A stretch of DNA of 61,759 bases, counting the filler, from Choristocarpus tenellus KU-1152 (Eukaryota > Protista > Phaeophyceae), in the NCBI GenBank assembly GCA_964200185.2. It is 11 parts of 11 records of this genome, joined end to end, with 100 filler letters (N's around TTAATTAATTAA, not from the genome) between each part and the next. Parts side by side here need not be neighbours in the genome. Positions count along the whole stretch, not along the records: positions 1 to 8,635 come from CAXNAD020004509.1; positions 8,736 to 18,658 come from CAXNAD020003280.1; 9 more parts are not named here. One strand, 5' to 3'. A program made the translations under genes and the position numbers. Positions 1 through 11,449 of the stretch are shown piece by piece (position 1 is the first letter of the stretch; each line of letters opens with the position of its first letter). The notes under the pieces were generated by a model, which saw only the letters and a program-made list of their open reading frames with translations, did not search any database and had not been told where the DNA came from.

Positions 1-46
1 GTGAAAAACGGACGCCGACACCCCCCCCCCCAAGATACTTTGACCC
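1..46. mobile_element. 3' end of MITE family B1 (C-run + AGATACTTTGACCC)
   Basis: Nearly identical to the right end of the complete element at 20207-20386. Confidence 0.85.
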
Positions 47-179
47 TAGATGTATTCAATGAGCCTATTGGCAATTACCGACAACTGAGGAATGCGAAGG
101 ACAAAAACCTGCCTTCTTCACGACGGGTGGGAATCACAAGTTTCAGAGGTTAGTATGCAAAATGTACTGTGGATCTTCC

Positions 180-640
180 AACGCTTCATGTCTGAAACAT
201 TTTTCTACGATCGATCCTAGCTTGGGGATTATTGATTTATTTAGATTATATTGCCTGACCTATCCAACTTGGGCACATCATAAACATTTTATCACTCTAG
301 GGTACTGTCATCGTTACAAACCTTGGTGGTTACGTCGTAGCCATCCAAGGCTCAATTCGGCTCGAAGCAAATCCAGTATTTGAAACACAACGTTAGTTTA
401 CAAGGAAGAACTATATCTCAAGCTCGTGTTGAAGTTTTTGCATCCCCCCCAGACAGTGAAAGGCTTATAATCTCTCTTAGGTTCTATGAATTTCGTCAGG
501 AAACATATTCCTCACCTATCAACAAGAACAGAACCGTCAGCGGAATTGATTCGGCATACTATGGCTCCAGTTCTTCACTTTCTTGATTTTTCAAATGATC
601 ACTTTTTTACTTGCAGATGCCAGTAATATTTGCACATTTT
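180..640 (+). mobile_element. Decayed Ty3/gypsy pol remnant (RT C-terminus, connection, RNase H start)
   Basis: Frame-broken translations PSKAQFGSKQIQYLKHNVS (cf. KCxFxxxxIxYLGHxVS), LGSMNFVRKHIPHLSTRTEP (cf. FLGxxNYYRKFIP) and LLADASN (cf. RNase H TDAS) occur in the expected order. Confidence 0.7.
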
Positions 641-1027
641 AGCTTGGGAGGTAATGCTTTTTATCAGTAGTGAAGACAAGAAGGTGTGAAGCCTAACACG
701 GTTCCCTATTGCTGAACGTGATTAGTGAACTGGATTAAATGGTTGAAATTAGAACAGTGACCTTTGTAGGGTGTTTTCTTATTGCTTGTTTTACTATTAT
801 TTGTGCTTTCTACCTAAGTCAACGGTTATGTCGAAGTAGTTGAATGCAGAATAATAACTAATACGTAATCCCATTCATGATCTGAATGTACGTTCTCAGT
901 AGTTACATCTCTCATACACAAAATAAGGTACACCTCACAATTGTCCTATTTTATACACTCCCCCATGACAGTGCAGGCAATGAAGGGTTGCGGGAACTCT
1001 CAAACTTAACACATCTTATTCTGCAGA

Positions 1028-1285
1028 GAGTGAAAGTATTCTAGAGGGCATGAATTTTCCCCTATTTTCCCTTTGGGGCTTGGTTTTCCACAAGTTGGTT
1101 TTTACACTTCACCTACTTCAAAACGTTTTGGAGCAGGTGAAATGTGTATCTTATTCAAAGGTCTGTGCAGAACATGGATATTGACACTTCATAACAAACA
1201 CGATAGCCGAAATTACATCAAAATCGCAATATTGTATTTTGGACCTCAAACGGACGCTGCTCTACCCTCTAAGATAATTTGACGT
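1028..1285 (-). mobile_element. MITE family A copy (diverged)
   Basis: GAGTGAAAGTATTCTAGAGGG ... TACCCTCTAAGATAATTTGAC; the interior is the reverse complement of 19925-20194. Confidence 0.8.
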
Positions 1286-1639
1286 ATACTCACCCATGAG
1301 GGTGGAAGTAAAATAGAGCAAAATAAAAATAGCAAAATAGGACAATATTGAGGTGTACCTTGTTTTGCACAATATTGGGATGGGGGGCATTTTTTTTCCC
1401 CCCAAAAAATGATGGCAGTTTTGATGTCAGTGCGTACCATCGTTAAGAGAGAAGGCAAAGAGAGATACTGCCGACGAATTCCGTGCTATACCAAGAGGAA
1501 GGGCCGACGTGACCAAGCGAAGGGAGTGACAGAGAGGTACAGTCTATTTACCGGTCACACTCACCTTGAGAAAAGTAATAGTCCTACCCTAGGTTAATAA
1601 TATATCCAATTTCTTCACAGGTCGATATAGTACCATGTT

Positions 1640-3430
1640 AGGCGTAGGACTCAGTCTCACCAAGAGTTGCTGCAAAAATGAGTTGGTCACTCCTGATCGT
1701 GAAGCCCTCAATGATGCATATATAGTATATATATATTCTGTGTGGGAAAAATGGTGCAAGTCGAACAAGATACGGAGAGTTCAGTAGGGGCCTGCCGGTA
1801 ATGAGTTCCAGGTCAAAGTGTTTGCCGGTTTGTAGGGTATTTAGTGAGTCAAACCAACTGAGAAGTATGTAGTGTTTCATTTTAAGGATCCGAGGAAAGC
1901 ACAAATGTCATTCCATTGCACTAAGAGCCTTTGCTGAATTGTGGTGCCGTTTTGTGTGTGGAAAGGAGGAATATCGATTTTGAGTTCACTCTCGTGTGCT
2001 TAAAGCAAATAAAGTTTATTGTTTGGAATAAGAAAGGTGGTTTGGAATGCAAATGGGTACAAACCTGCGTACCCTTCAATGGGTTTGATTCAGTTTCAAA
2101 AACATGAGGTTGGAAGTTTAGTGATGACAATAAATTATGAAAGGCTGCTGCACATGCTGAGCATTATGTTGTAGTAGAAAACTAGTTTCATATTTCTCCG
2201 GATAATAGTACAACGCGTACTTTATACTTCAAGTATGTGTATACTGTACCTACCTGCAGCAGTGTGATGTGACCTTGGCATTCATGGAGAAGAAGTGTAT
2301 GCTCCAAAACTTGAATTTGTTTGCTTCGATAATGGTATTGTGATCATTATCCAAGTGTGAGAGCTATCTCTTTCAAAGCTTCATTTTGGAATGAATATTG
2401 CGGTGTTGAAATAAAATCATCAGGTTTCGCTGTTGGTTAGTGTGCAGTGTGCTCACTGATGAGGTGTTCGCAAGAACATTTATTGTCTTGTGACACTGCA
2501 CATCCCTGATTTCTGACAGAATGTTCTTGTCTTCCTGGTTCACTCCTGGTCTGCTCCTGTTTCTCTCTTCTCCTTCCTGGCTTCAACCATACCCTCCAAC
2601 ATAAACAGAACAATAAAAATATAGTATGAGACAGTGAACACACCACAAAACGCGGGAGAAAAAACAAGCAACGCACAGGGCAGTGTAATTATTGATGTGC
2701 AACCAGTAAATCTTATAGGGCAGAAGAAATAGGGCAATGTGCACTGCCATCTGACCACGGTTCATTGTACTAGGTAGGGTAAAGGTAGTGGAGAAGTTCA
2801 AGATTAATAGTTGAGCAAATGATAATAATACAAAATAATTGAAAGGTAGTCCAGTGTATACTGCCTCTGACCACTCGTCGGGATAGTCCCTGTAGTAAAG
2901 TGAGACAGATTATAATAATCAATAATATATAGTGTTTCCTTGTTAGGGTGGGATCATGACTGAGAAGAGAAGGGGGGAGTATTTATTGCAGTAATAATGA
3001 TGAATGGTTGTGGTTGTTTTGACAAGGGGGGTTTCGGGGAAGTTACTGTTCCTCGAGTGGGTAGTAATTGTGTGGTGGTTATTCTCCTAAGGTGGGATCA
3101 GGTTTGGTTGAGGAAGTGGTCGAAGCATTTCCAGGATCCCATCTCTACCATTAACTTGAAAGAGAGCTGATGAGATAGCCACCTTCCAGCCTAGGTATAC
3201 CTTTAAGGTGACCTTCCTTCAAAAGATACACCTCAATTTCTGTTTCCTCTTAGATCATTTGCTTCCTGATGATGTCAATATTATCGGGTTGTTGAGTTGA
3301 GTTTACAGTACCTTCATTCACTAACTTGTTCATTCTTTGTCTTGAGTGACCTTCTAAGGGTTGTTCATCCTCCTCGCTTGTTTTCATCCCTGTGAATGTT
3401 ACAGTTTCCTTTAATGTGAAAAACCTTTTT
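1640..3430 (-). mobile_element. Possible highly decayed LTR-retrotransposon gag/pol remnant
   Basis: Stop-interrupted coding-like minus-strand sequence. HFDLELITGRPLLNSPY resembles the gypsy pre-RT HxIxLxxGxPxxxxPY motif, and RDVQCHK resembles a knuckle start. Weak. Confidence 0.3.
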
Positions 3431-3629
3431 GGTCAGTTTTCATGAAGAATATGTGATACGATCTATTTTGGTAAGAAAAATAATGGTAGGGTATGTGTTT
3501 TTGGATGGGTAGACATATGCCTTAAAATGGTACCTGAATTAATCCTTTATCAAAGGGATAAAAGGGGAGGACATCTTTAACCAATACTCTCTCTCTAAGT
3601 CCAACAACTCGCATTCAGAAAAGCTAAGG

Positions 3630-5952
3630 ATGACGACTGCTCACCGTCCTACCTGGGCTGCTGCTCAAGCAGCTGCTTCCGATCTCGGAAACTGGTCGAC
3701 AGGAGGTTAGTTATCCTTTTCTTTTGCTGGATGAGATCAAAATTGTGCGAAGGCACTACCCTCTTCAACATATGTCTGTCTGCCTCCGCTAACACCCTAC
3801 TGTCCCATCGATCTCCAACCTCCTCTTCTTCCCCAAATTTGAAGGCCAAGCCAGTCGAGCGCTCTCTGCGAAGGATTTGCCCGGTCAAACATCGCTAAAG
3901 GTTCGGAAACTGGGTCAGAATAGTGAGGCAGACTTGCGATGGCGTGACATTAGGGCTACTGCTGATGAGAACGAGCGGAGAGCTCGGGAGGAAAAGGCAC
4001 TGAGCAAGGGTAGACGCTACGGTAGGTAGCATAAGAATGGAGAAAAAAGATTTTTACAATTGACAAGAGAAAGTCGGAAAGAAAAGCAAGTGACAACTCT
4101 TTGAGTTCTGACCGGAACAAACGTGCACCCACTCAACAACGCCTTGCAGATGAAGGAGTTGGACGAAATGACAGAGATCGTCTACAACTATTATTAAAGG
4201 AGCAAGGTGAGGTTGATCTGGACAAAGTTAGGAAGTACGATGATGCAGATGATGCAGATAGTGGCGATGATCTCGACAGCAGTGACTCGGATGATGACTC
4301 CGATGATGACGAGGAAGCGCTGGAGAAGGAGCTGGAGAAGATTCGAAAGGAGCGTGAAGATGCACGAAAATTAAAGGTATTTGGTTTACGGATCGCACAA
4401 CGTTGTTTTGCTCTCGTCGTTATTTATTGATACAGATGCATTTTTTTCAGCTAGCTACTACCATCCTTCTGACAGTTTGCTGCCCATACCCTCTATTGTT
4501 GGTGTTGACTTCTCCTTCACGATTACTATTTTTGGGCTATAGGAGCAGGAAGAGGCTATAGCAGAGGAAAAGAGGAAACAGGTGAGCGAGAAACCTGAAA
4601 TGTGTTGGGAGTGGATGTGCTGGTGATCCGGCAAAAATTGTTGCACCACCTAGCATGTAAGCATGTAGGTTTTGCAAAGTTTGACAAGGGTCCTATATTG
4701 GTGCTCTCCATTAGCTGTTAGACCCATTGTGCCAATTATGTTCGGCGTCCTGAGAAAGGGCAAGTGCTCAGTTCGGGCCCCATGCTGCACTACTGTCTTT
4801 GTTTATGTTTGATTAATGTTGTGCCCTATTCAAGCCAGATGTAATGTTTTGGTTGCGTATCTTGTATAATATTATCTACCCTGAGAAAAAATGCAAAATA
4901 TCAATGGGTACATGAAATTGTGTCTTTCTGCGGTGTGAAATGATTGTATTTCATTATGCTTCCTCTTCACAACAGCAGTGTATCGATTGATGGAAGTATT
5001 TGTAAAGATTTGTTTTTGCAACACTTTGCTTGAACATGCCTCAAGTTATATTTGAGATATCTGCACCCCTTCTCCTATTCTGTTGAAGGCAACGAGTAAT
5101 CCCTTAAAAATTGTAGTTAATGTTGCCCGGTATGGAAAAACATCATCCAAAGTCTGTGTCATGTGATGGAAACAAGATGACACTGTGCACTTTTCTGAGA
5201 AATGGTAGGTCTTCGGCATTTGCTTTACCTGCTGTTTCATTTTAGGAAGACAGTCTCTAATTTGATACAGTGACACCAGTTCCAATAGCCCTCTTTGTAG
5301 CGCAATGGGCCCCTACCGCAACTAGTGTTAAGGGCATCAAGTAGACCCCCTAGAGGGTAATGACTGTGACCTATTGAGCTATCCAGGTCATCCTCAAGGT
5401 ATCTTAGGCGTGGGGAGACTGCTTTATTAATTATTTTAATAAGTGGATGTGCTTGGATGCTTGTGTACAATAGTTGTTGTCCCTGGTGCTACATGGGGCA
5501 CATAAGTAGTGCCAGTGGGTTGAATAATCTGAAGTTAAGTCTTGGGTGGGCTAGGTCAATGGTCACATTAATGTTGCTGTAGTAGGCTGCTGACGCACCT
5601 CTGCTAATTGTCACTGTGTCCTTCCTCAGGAAGCAGCGATGACTGGCAATGCACTACTGACACATAACACAAGCTCACAGGTCAAGCGAAGGTAGGAGAA
5701 AAGAAAGGCCTTGAAGATTTTCTTCCCACAATATGTGATGTATGACACAAGATGAACGATAATTTTTGTAGTACAATGACTGGTACCATGTTCTGCATTT
5801 TATGGTAATTCCCTTTTTTTTCTTTCAGGTGGAATGATGATGTTGTGTTCAAGGGCCAGGCCAGAACAGAACCAGAGCAGAAGAAGAGATTTGTAAATGA
5901 CACCATCAGAAATGACTTCCATCGCAGATTCCTCACAAAGTATGTACAGTAG
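3630..5952 (+). CDS. CWC15: Spliceosome-associated protein CWC15/Cwf15; exons 3630-3705, 3845-4021, 4150-4376, 4543-4581, 5630-5691, 5829-5952
   Basis: N-terminus MTTAHRPTW, then KDLPGQTSLKVR, acidic YDDADDAD...DDEEALEKELEKIRKER and C-terminal VKRRWNDDVVFK...FVNDTIRNDFHRRFLTKYVQ*. All introns are GT-AG and in phase. Confidence 0.96.
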
Positions 5953-6229
5953 TCATGGGCTTCACATTCAACTGCAGAGGATGGTTGCTGTCAGGTATTG
6001 TGTGCACTTTTATATACACTCAAGTGTATCCAGCCTCACAGGACAATAGAAAGATCAGTGCACATCACCAAGGATCAGGAAGTAAAGGTGCAATTATAGA
6101 CAAAAAACAGAAGCTAGGTGCCTGCAGCATACAAGTGTTTTTCCACACCAAGTATGAGAGAAATAATAAATTATCATGTTTGGTAATGAGGCAGTATATT
6201 CAACAGGATTTCTATTCAGGTGCTTCTAT

Positions 6230-8131
6230 CTACTCACACTCACTCTCTAGTCTGGGCTTCTTACTTGTTGCCTCTGCTCCTGCACTATCAGCAGTCTCTT
6301 CTTTTTGAGCCTCGATTGTAATATCTCGCTTCTTCCCAGTGGCCCTAGACTTGGGTCCCCAATTTGCCTCAGGGTTTGACTGGTACCGGGTTGCCTGCTT
6401 CTTCTTGACCAGATCAGGTGGAATGGTGAAATCTACTTCATGCTCTGGTTCTCTGGCAAGAATTGTCTGTCCTGGGGAATTTTTGGATGCCCGTCGGTCA
6501 TTTATTGGGTGCTTCTTCACCCAACATCGCATTATATCCCACATTACATCATCTGGAGCATCTGTCTTGATTGCCTGGGGTTCCTTATGTTGCTGTGATA
6601 CTCTGTAGCCAGCATTCACAATGGCAGCCTGAACATCAGACAAGCGGGGACTGTTGCAGTGAAGAGTACTACAGAGGTCTGGCAGTGAGTAGAACAAAGG
6701 CACATCCGGCAGCTCCTCAGACACTGAGGTGAGCATGCCATGAATACGAACCCTGGTGGAGAGTGGGAAAGGGCCCTGGTAGCTGTCCACCCTTTCGAGA
6801 AGGGCCTGCACCCAATCCATGTCGTGGATTGGAGGTCCCCAAATTGGACCACCTACTTTGAGTCGAGCACCTGTCTGTGGACATACCCCGGACCCTGTAG
6901 CTAGAGTTGGGTTGTAGTTGTTGTTACTTGACTGCTTCCCTACTGACTGCAGGAAAAATGATCCACACGACAGGCTCTGATATACATAACAAGCCTTGGT
7001 GCAGCCTTTCTTAACTTCAGACGGAGAGGTATACACCCGTACAAAAAGTCGCACATAGAAGTCGATGCTGAGGCTGAGAATTGGTACGATGTGACGTTTG
7101 TAGCGGTTTGCCTGGGACTCTAGCGAGTGTAGTACCATACGAAGCGCCATCTCGTGCAGGTACTTGCCTCTCGTCGGCATGCTGCCGTACCTGGCATAGC
7201 AGGTCTCGGGATGTCCTCCACCCAGGACCGCCATGTCAGTGCATGTAACACAGAGTAGCCCTCCGTCTGCCACTGATTGCAAAGCGGCATCAATGAAGGG
7301 TGCAGCTGAGCCATAGGGGTCCAGGTCGATTACATCAAACCGATCGGCTGGTTCCCTGCTGCTGTACATGACCATAGTAGCATCTCCCTGTTGCACTTTA
7401 ACCTTGGACGGATCAACCTGGTTGTAGGTCATGTTTCTTTGAGCGGCTTCCACTGCAGCCTCGTCGAGATCGTTCACCAACACCTGCTTTACGCCAGGAA
7501 TCTCCTTAACGTAACGAATAGAACGCAAAGCCGTCGCAGCAAGTGCATCAAGGATTCGGATACCATCTTTGGACGCTGTCTGCGAAGCCACTTCTGTCCA
7601 GTTTGTGCTTTCCAGGGCTTGCAGCTTTGTGGCAGGTACCTCAATTCCCTGGGCCTGCCTCAACGGGCATGTACAGACAAGAGGGTAGCCGATGTAAGTT
7701 TATCAACACGTCACAGATAACACGAGTGATCAAGGGAAACTATACTACATGGCTGGAGTGAAATTACTTTTACAGTAGAAATAAGCTTTGTGCCTTCGTT
7801 GGACTACGTTTTCCCAACTCACCTTGGTCTCCTTTCGCAAGGCTTTTTCCGCCTTCTCCTTCAGTCTCTTTTCCGCAAACAACTTGATGACGTGAATAGA
7901 GAGATCCCTGTTGAAAACTTGAACTTTGTTGTAAAAGACTTCGTTTCCCTCAGAAAAAGGAATCGCAGCCTGGCCCTCGACGAGTAGACTATGCCCTTCA
8001 GGGGGGGGTGGTAGGTCATTCACTGACGGCCCTGCCGATGTCATCCTCTTCTTGCCAGGCACGTTTTGTCGTGTAGTCGACCTGAAGTCGAGTATTCGGT
8101 TGAGAAGAGGACGTCGACAGCAAGTTATCAT
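6230..8131 (-). CDS. TRM1: tRNA (guanine(26)-N2)-dimethyltransferase; exons 8131-7823 and 7654-6230 (start may be the downstream MTSAG ATG)
   Basis: VFYNKVQVFNRDLSI, ILDALAATALRSIRY, NDLD, FDVIDLDPYGSAAPFID, GGLLCVTCTD, GGPIW, IKTDAP, NPEANWGPK. GT-AG intron 7822-7655. Confidence 0.97.
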
Positions 8132-8635
8132 CGGAGTACCATTCTTTATGCAGGTCGCATCTCAACCTTAACTCTACACCTTCACACCACAAACAATAAC
8201 TTTTTGTGGTGATTTCCTAGTTTTTGGGGTCACTTCATTTCAATAATAGAATACTACTACTAATCTATTACTATTATTTCTGAAATTGAAAAGTTGGTCC
8301 CAATTTGTATATTGAGGTAGAGTAGAACCTTATCCTTACAAGTGAGGTAGAGGAACTTCATCCATCTCAACACCAGAGGACGTCCAGGCTCTCACCAATC
8401 TTCATAACTTTTCAGGAAAATTTGATGTATACAACTCAATACACACACGTTCTTTACCTAACCACTGAAAAGAAAAAACAATGAAACACCTGATTTTGGA
8501 TTTGTTGATGTGTTGATAATACTCTATCGTTATGCGCCGTGATGTTGTGTGATTGGGGTGATGAGAATCATCACAGATGAGGTTCGGAGAGGAAGCGATA
8601 GATGGAGCTGAGGCATGCTGGGTGGACGTTAGAGT

Positions 8636-8735
8636 NNNNNNNNNNNNNNNNNNNNNNNNNNNNNNNNNNNNNNNNNNNNTTAATTAATTAANNNNNNNNN
8701 NNNNNNNNNNNNNNNNNNNNNNNNNNNNNNNNNNN
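8636..8735. other. Artificial contig spacer N44-TTAATTAATTAA-N44 (also at 18659-18758, 21573-21672, 24817-24916, 30888-30987, 35375-35474, 38256-38355, 49268-49367, 55697-55796, 58779-58878)
   Basis: Ten identical 100-bp spacers whose core places stop codons in all six frames. Confidence 0.99.
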
Positions 8736-8783
8736 GAAAAAATTGACCCCCAAATGGACAGCCACCACCGCCCCCCTCCCCCA
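8736..8783. mobile_element. Fragment of MITE family B2
   Basis: GAAAAAATTGACCCCCAAATGGACAGCCACCACC + C-run matches 24930-24970 and 61707-61750. Confidence 0.75.
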
Positions 8784-10853
8784 GTGAACATGACCATAGG
8801 AGTGGTGGAAGAGGTTAATGTCGACCTCAGTGTGGGGAGCAGAATTGTTTGTGTGTATGTGTGAGGGGGCGATGGTAGCTTTGAGAGCAGTTTCAGCAAT
8901 TTTAGGCAGTTGCAACAAATTACATGGACCGTGCAGGGTGTAGCGACAACCAGAAACTATTTTGAAGTCGATTTTTCCATCTAAAAGCAAGAACGAGCTA
9001 GCTGTGCCAGTACATGTCACACCCATGTTTGCTGCAGCTTGGTAAGAGAAACAGGTTAAGCCAAGATTTTGGACATGAGCAATATTCTGAAGTAGTATCT
9101 TCACTTTCTTATTGTCACAGGAGGGAGACAAGATAGATCTCCATGGCCTTCGATATGAAGGGAGTTCTGACTAGCAGTGATTGTCCTTCAATCAAGTACA
9201 CAAGGCTTGTAGTTGGTCAAGAATGTTCTCACGTTAGTCATATGACACAGGGCCGCATTATCACAAGTCCAATCCTCTCTTTGTGCACCATTATCCCTAA
9301 CACTTGACACCAGACACTCATTTACCCCTCACTTGCCTTGAGCATTGCTGCTTGTGGAGTGAGTCCTCAGCAGTGTCCAGTGGTTCATAACGCTTGTTGT
9401 CGCTGCAGCGGATCACACTTGGACATTTCACAGTGGTGTGGGAAGATTCAGTGTTAGTCTCATCCAGCCCAGTAGCTTCCCTTTCTTCCCCAGCTACCGC
9501 CATGGTCATAGATACTGAAGCAAATGTTGTAGCATCATGAGCACGTCTGGAGACAATGGGCTAAAAGAAGCCATCGTGCATACCCCAGTGTCATAATCAG
9601 ATCCCAGCACACTCATAAACTGAAGAAGTATTATTTTGTCACAGATGACGAGGTCCTTTGGCATAATCCAGCTCCATAAGAACTCTGGTTCCATTAGGGT
9701 GAGGAATGGATTGCCCCCCTTCTCCACCTTTGAAGAGAAGAATTGCTGGAATAAATCTTGGCTGTTGCCCACTGTGTTTGGCATAAACCAGTTATCCACA
9801 GCTGCAAAAAGCTCGCTAGGGTTCAGGTGCATGCAGCACAGACCCTTTGTGGCAGGGGTAACAAGAGCAATGGTGATCGCATAATTTTCTTCCTCAGCCA
9901 TCCAAATCTCCTTTCACTAAACCAATCAACCAGTAGTTCCTCATGCAATCACTCCTGATTGATGGATCTTGGGGCAGTTAATGCAGGTAAATAGCCAGTG
10001 CACTTATAGTGGATCATGAAACTCTTTCTCCAATCACAGTAGTTGGAGTTGTCCAACAATTTTGGATGATTGGGCCTTTGATCACTGCCCTCTACCGTAG
10101 GGAGCAAGAACAATTCCAGACCCTGAAATTGCCAAAGAACCTGATCTCCGGCTCACATTGCTCTAACACTAAATCCGTCCAGACTTTCACCATCTTGGAA
10201 ACCTTCACCCACAATGGGTTCAATAGGTCCGACTTCAGCTGGTACAAAGCCAGCTGGCGGCCGTGTGCTGGGCACAGCGGTGTAGACGGTAGGAAGATAC
10301 CCACCACCAACTCTATCAACATCCATCCGAAAATGATGGTCCCAATCTTGGTTCAGTTCAAGTGTTGCCTTTGATTGGTCCTCCACAGTAGAGGAGAGTT
10401 GTTGATATCGATCTGAAGCAAGGGCGGCCTCACTTCGGCCCCTAACATGGACTGGTGTCTCTTCTCCTAGGGAAGACATGATAGGCATGGGTCGAAGCCT
10501 AGGTTTTAATAGTTTGTATTGTAGTACCCCCCGGCTCATGTATGGATAGAAGAGACAAATAAATACCGGAATGTTACCAAATGTTGTCGGGTATTTAATC
10601 CCAAGCAGAGGGGGGGCGGGGCGACCATACAACCTCAAATCATTATGCTTAATGGAGTCAATCCCTATCCATCCATTCGTACACAAGAATAAGTATGGGT
10701 TTACCATATAATAACTCCTGTATTCTGATTCTACATGTATACTACTACTGATATACAATATAGTTGAAGAGTCTACTCGAACATCCGCAACCCTGCCTAG
10801 CCAGGCAAAAGGGTTGGACACACGGTTCCACAAACCCTAGTTGAGTGTGGACA
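8784..10853 (-). mobile_element. Decayed Ty1/copia retrotransposon 5' half (putative 5' LTR ~10710-10853, gag, protease, GAG-pre-integrase)
   Basis: UBN2-like gag (NWFMPNTVGNSQDLFQQFFSSKVEKGGNP...LQFMSVLGSDYD), protease (DWTCDNAALCHMT...HIEGHGDL...LQNIAHVQNL) and pre-integrase (DINLFHHSYGHVH) lie in copia order. Stops and frameshifts are present. Confidence 0.8.
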
Positions 10854-10854
10854 T

Positions 10855-11082
10855 GCATTGCTGAGCTTGAATATATTCCTACTATAATTATATAGTTAAG
10901 AACAATAGCAATATCGGTGTGAGGAATTTTCCAAGAATACTAAACATCCATTTTTCATTCAAACAAATCGCGTAACAAGCAATACAGAATATGACACTAA
11001 ATGATAGTAAAGATATGTCGTGATAAAGAAATTCTAAACCATCATGCCCTACTGTTATACAACGAGGAATAACACCAAATGC
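10855..11082 (-). pseudogene. brnQ: Fragment of bacterial branched-chain amino acid transporter BrnQ (LIVCS family)
   Basis: AFGVIPRCITVGH...FSVIFCIACYAICLNEKWMFSILGKFLTPILLLFLT, then after a 1-nt frameshift IIIVGIYSS. This matches the BrnQ PFxxIPRxxxV and GKxLTPxLL motifs. No introns; AT-rich. Confidence 0.7.
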
Positions 11083-11264
11083 ACTCAACTTGCCCAAACT
11101 ACTATGCGCTCTGAAATTGGTAAACTCAAGCTTGATAAAACCTTTGAAGAAAGAGAATCCCTCAACCACTCCATAGTAACTACTATGAATCAAGCGGCTA
11201 CTAACTGGGGTATACAATGTATGCGTTATGAGATTAAAGATATACAACCTCCTGGATCAATATT
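11083..11264 (+). pseudogene. Fragment of SPFH/stomatin-like (paraslipin/SLP-2) gene, Rickettsiales/alphaproteobacterial type
   Basis: TQLAQTTMRSEIGKLKLDKTFEERESLNHSIVTTMNQAATNWGIQCMRYEIKDIQPPGSIL is a clear SLP-2 SPFH core. AT-rich codon use; no splice sites at its boundaries. Confidence 0.85.
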
Positions 11265-11449
11265 ATGTACCTAGCTCTAGGGAAGAGGAGGGCGTGTGTG
11301 TGCGCGCGCGCGCGTATGAAGTGTTAGCCGTGAGGATGAGCAATTTCCTAGAACAAAAAGGTTTGTGGTATACAACAAACAAATGTTTGCATGGGGTATA
11401 TAGGTACTCATCTCACAGTGCCTTGCTGTGTATGTAGTGACTCTGTATG

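Noticed and set aside
6339-7987. Antisense and alternate-frame ORFs over TRM1 (similarly over 44269-45537)
   Set aside because: Shadow ORFs of real coding sequence.
10888-11247. 119-aa ORF as one real membrane protein
   Set aside because: Its first half is the antisense of the SPFH fragment; only the second half is BrnQ-like, so the ORF is a by-product of the fusion.
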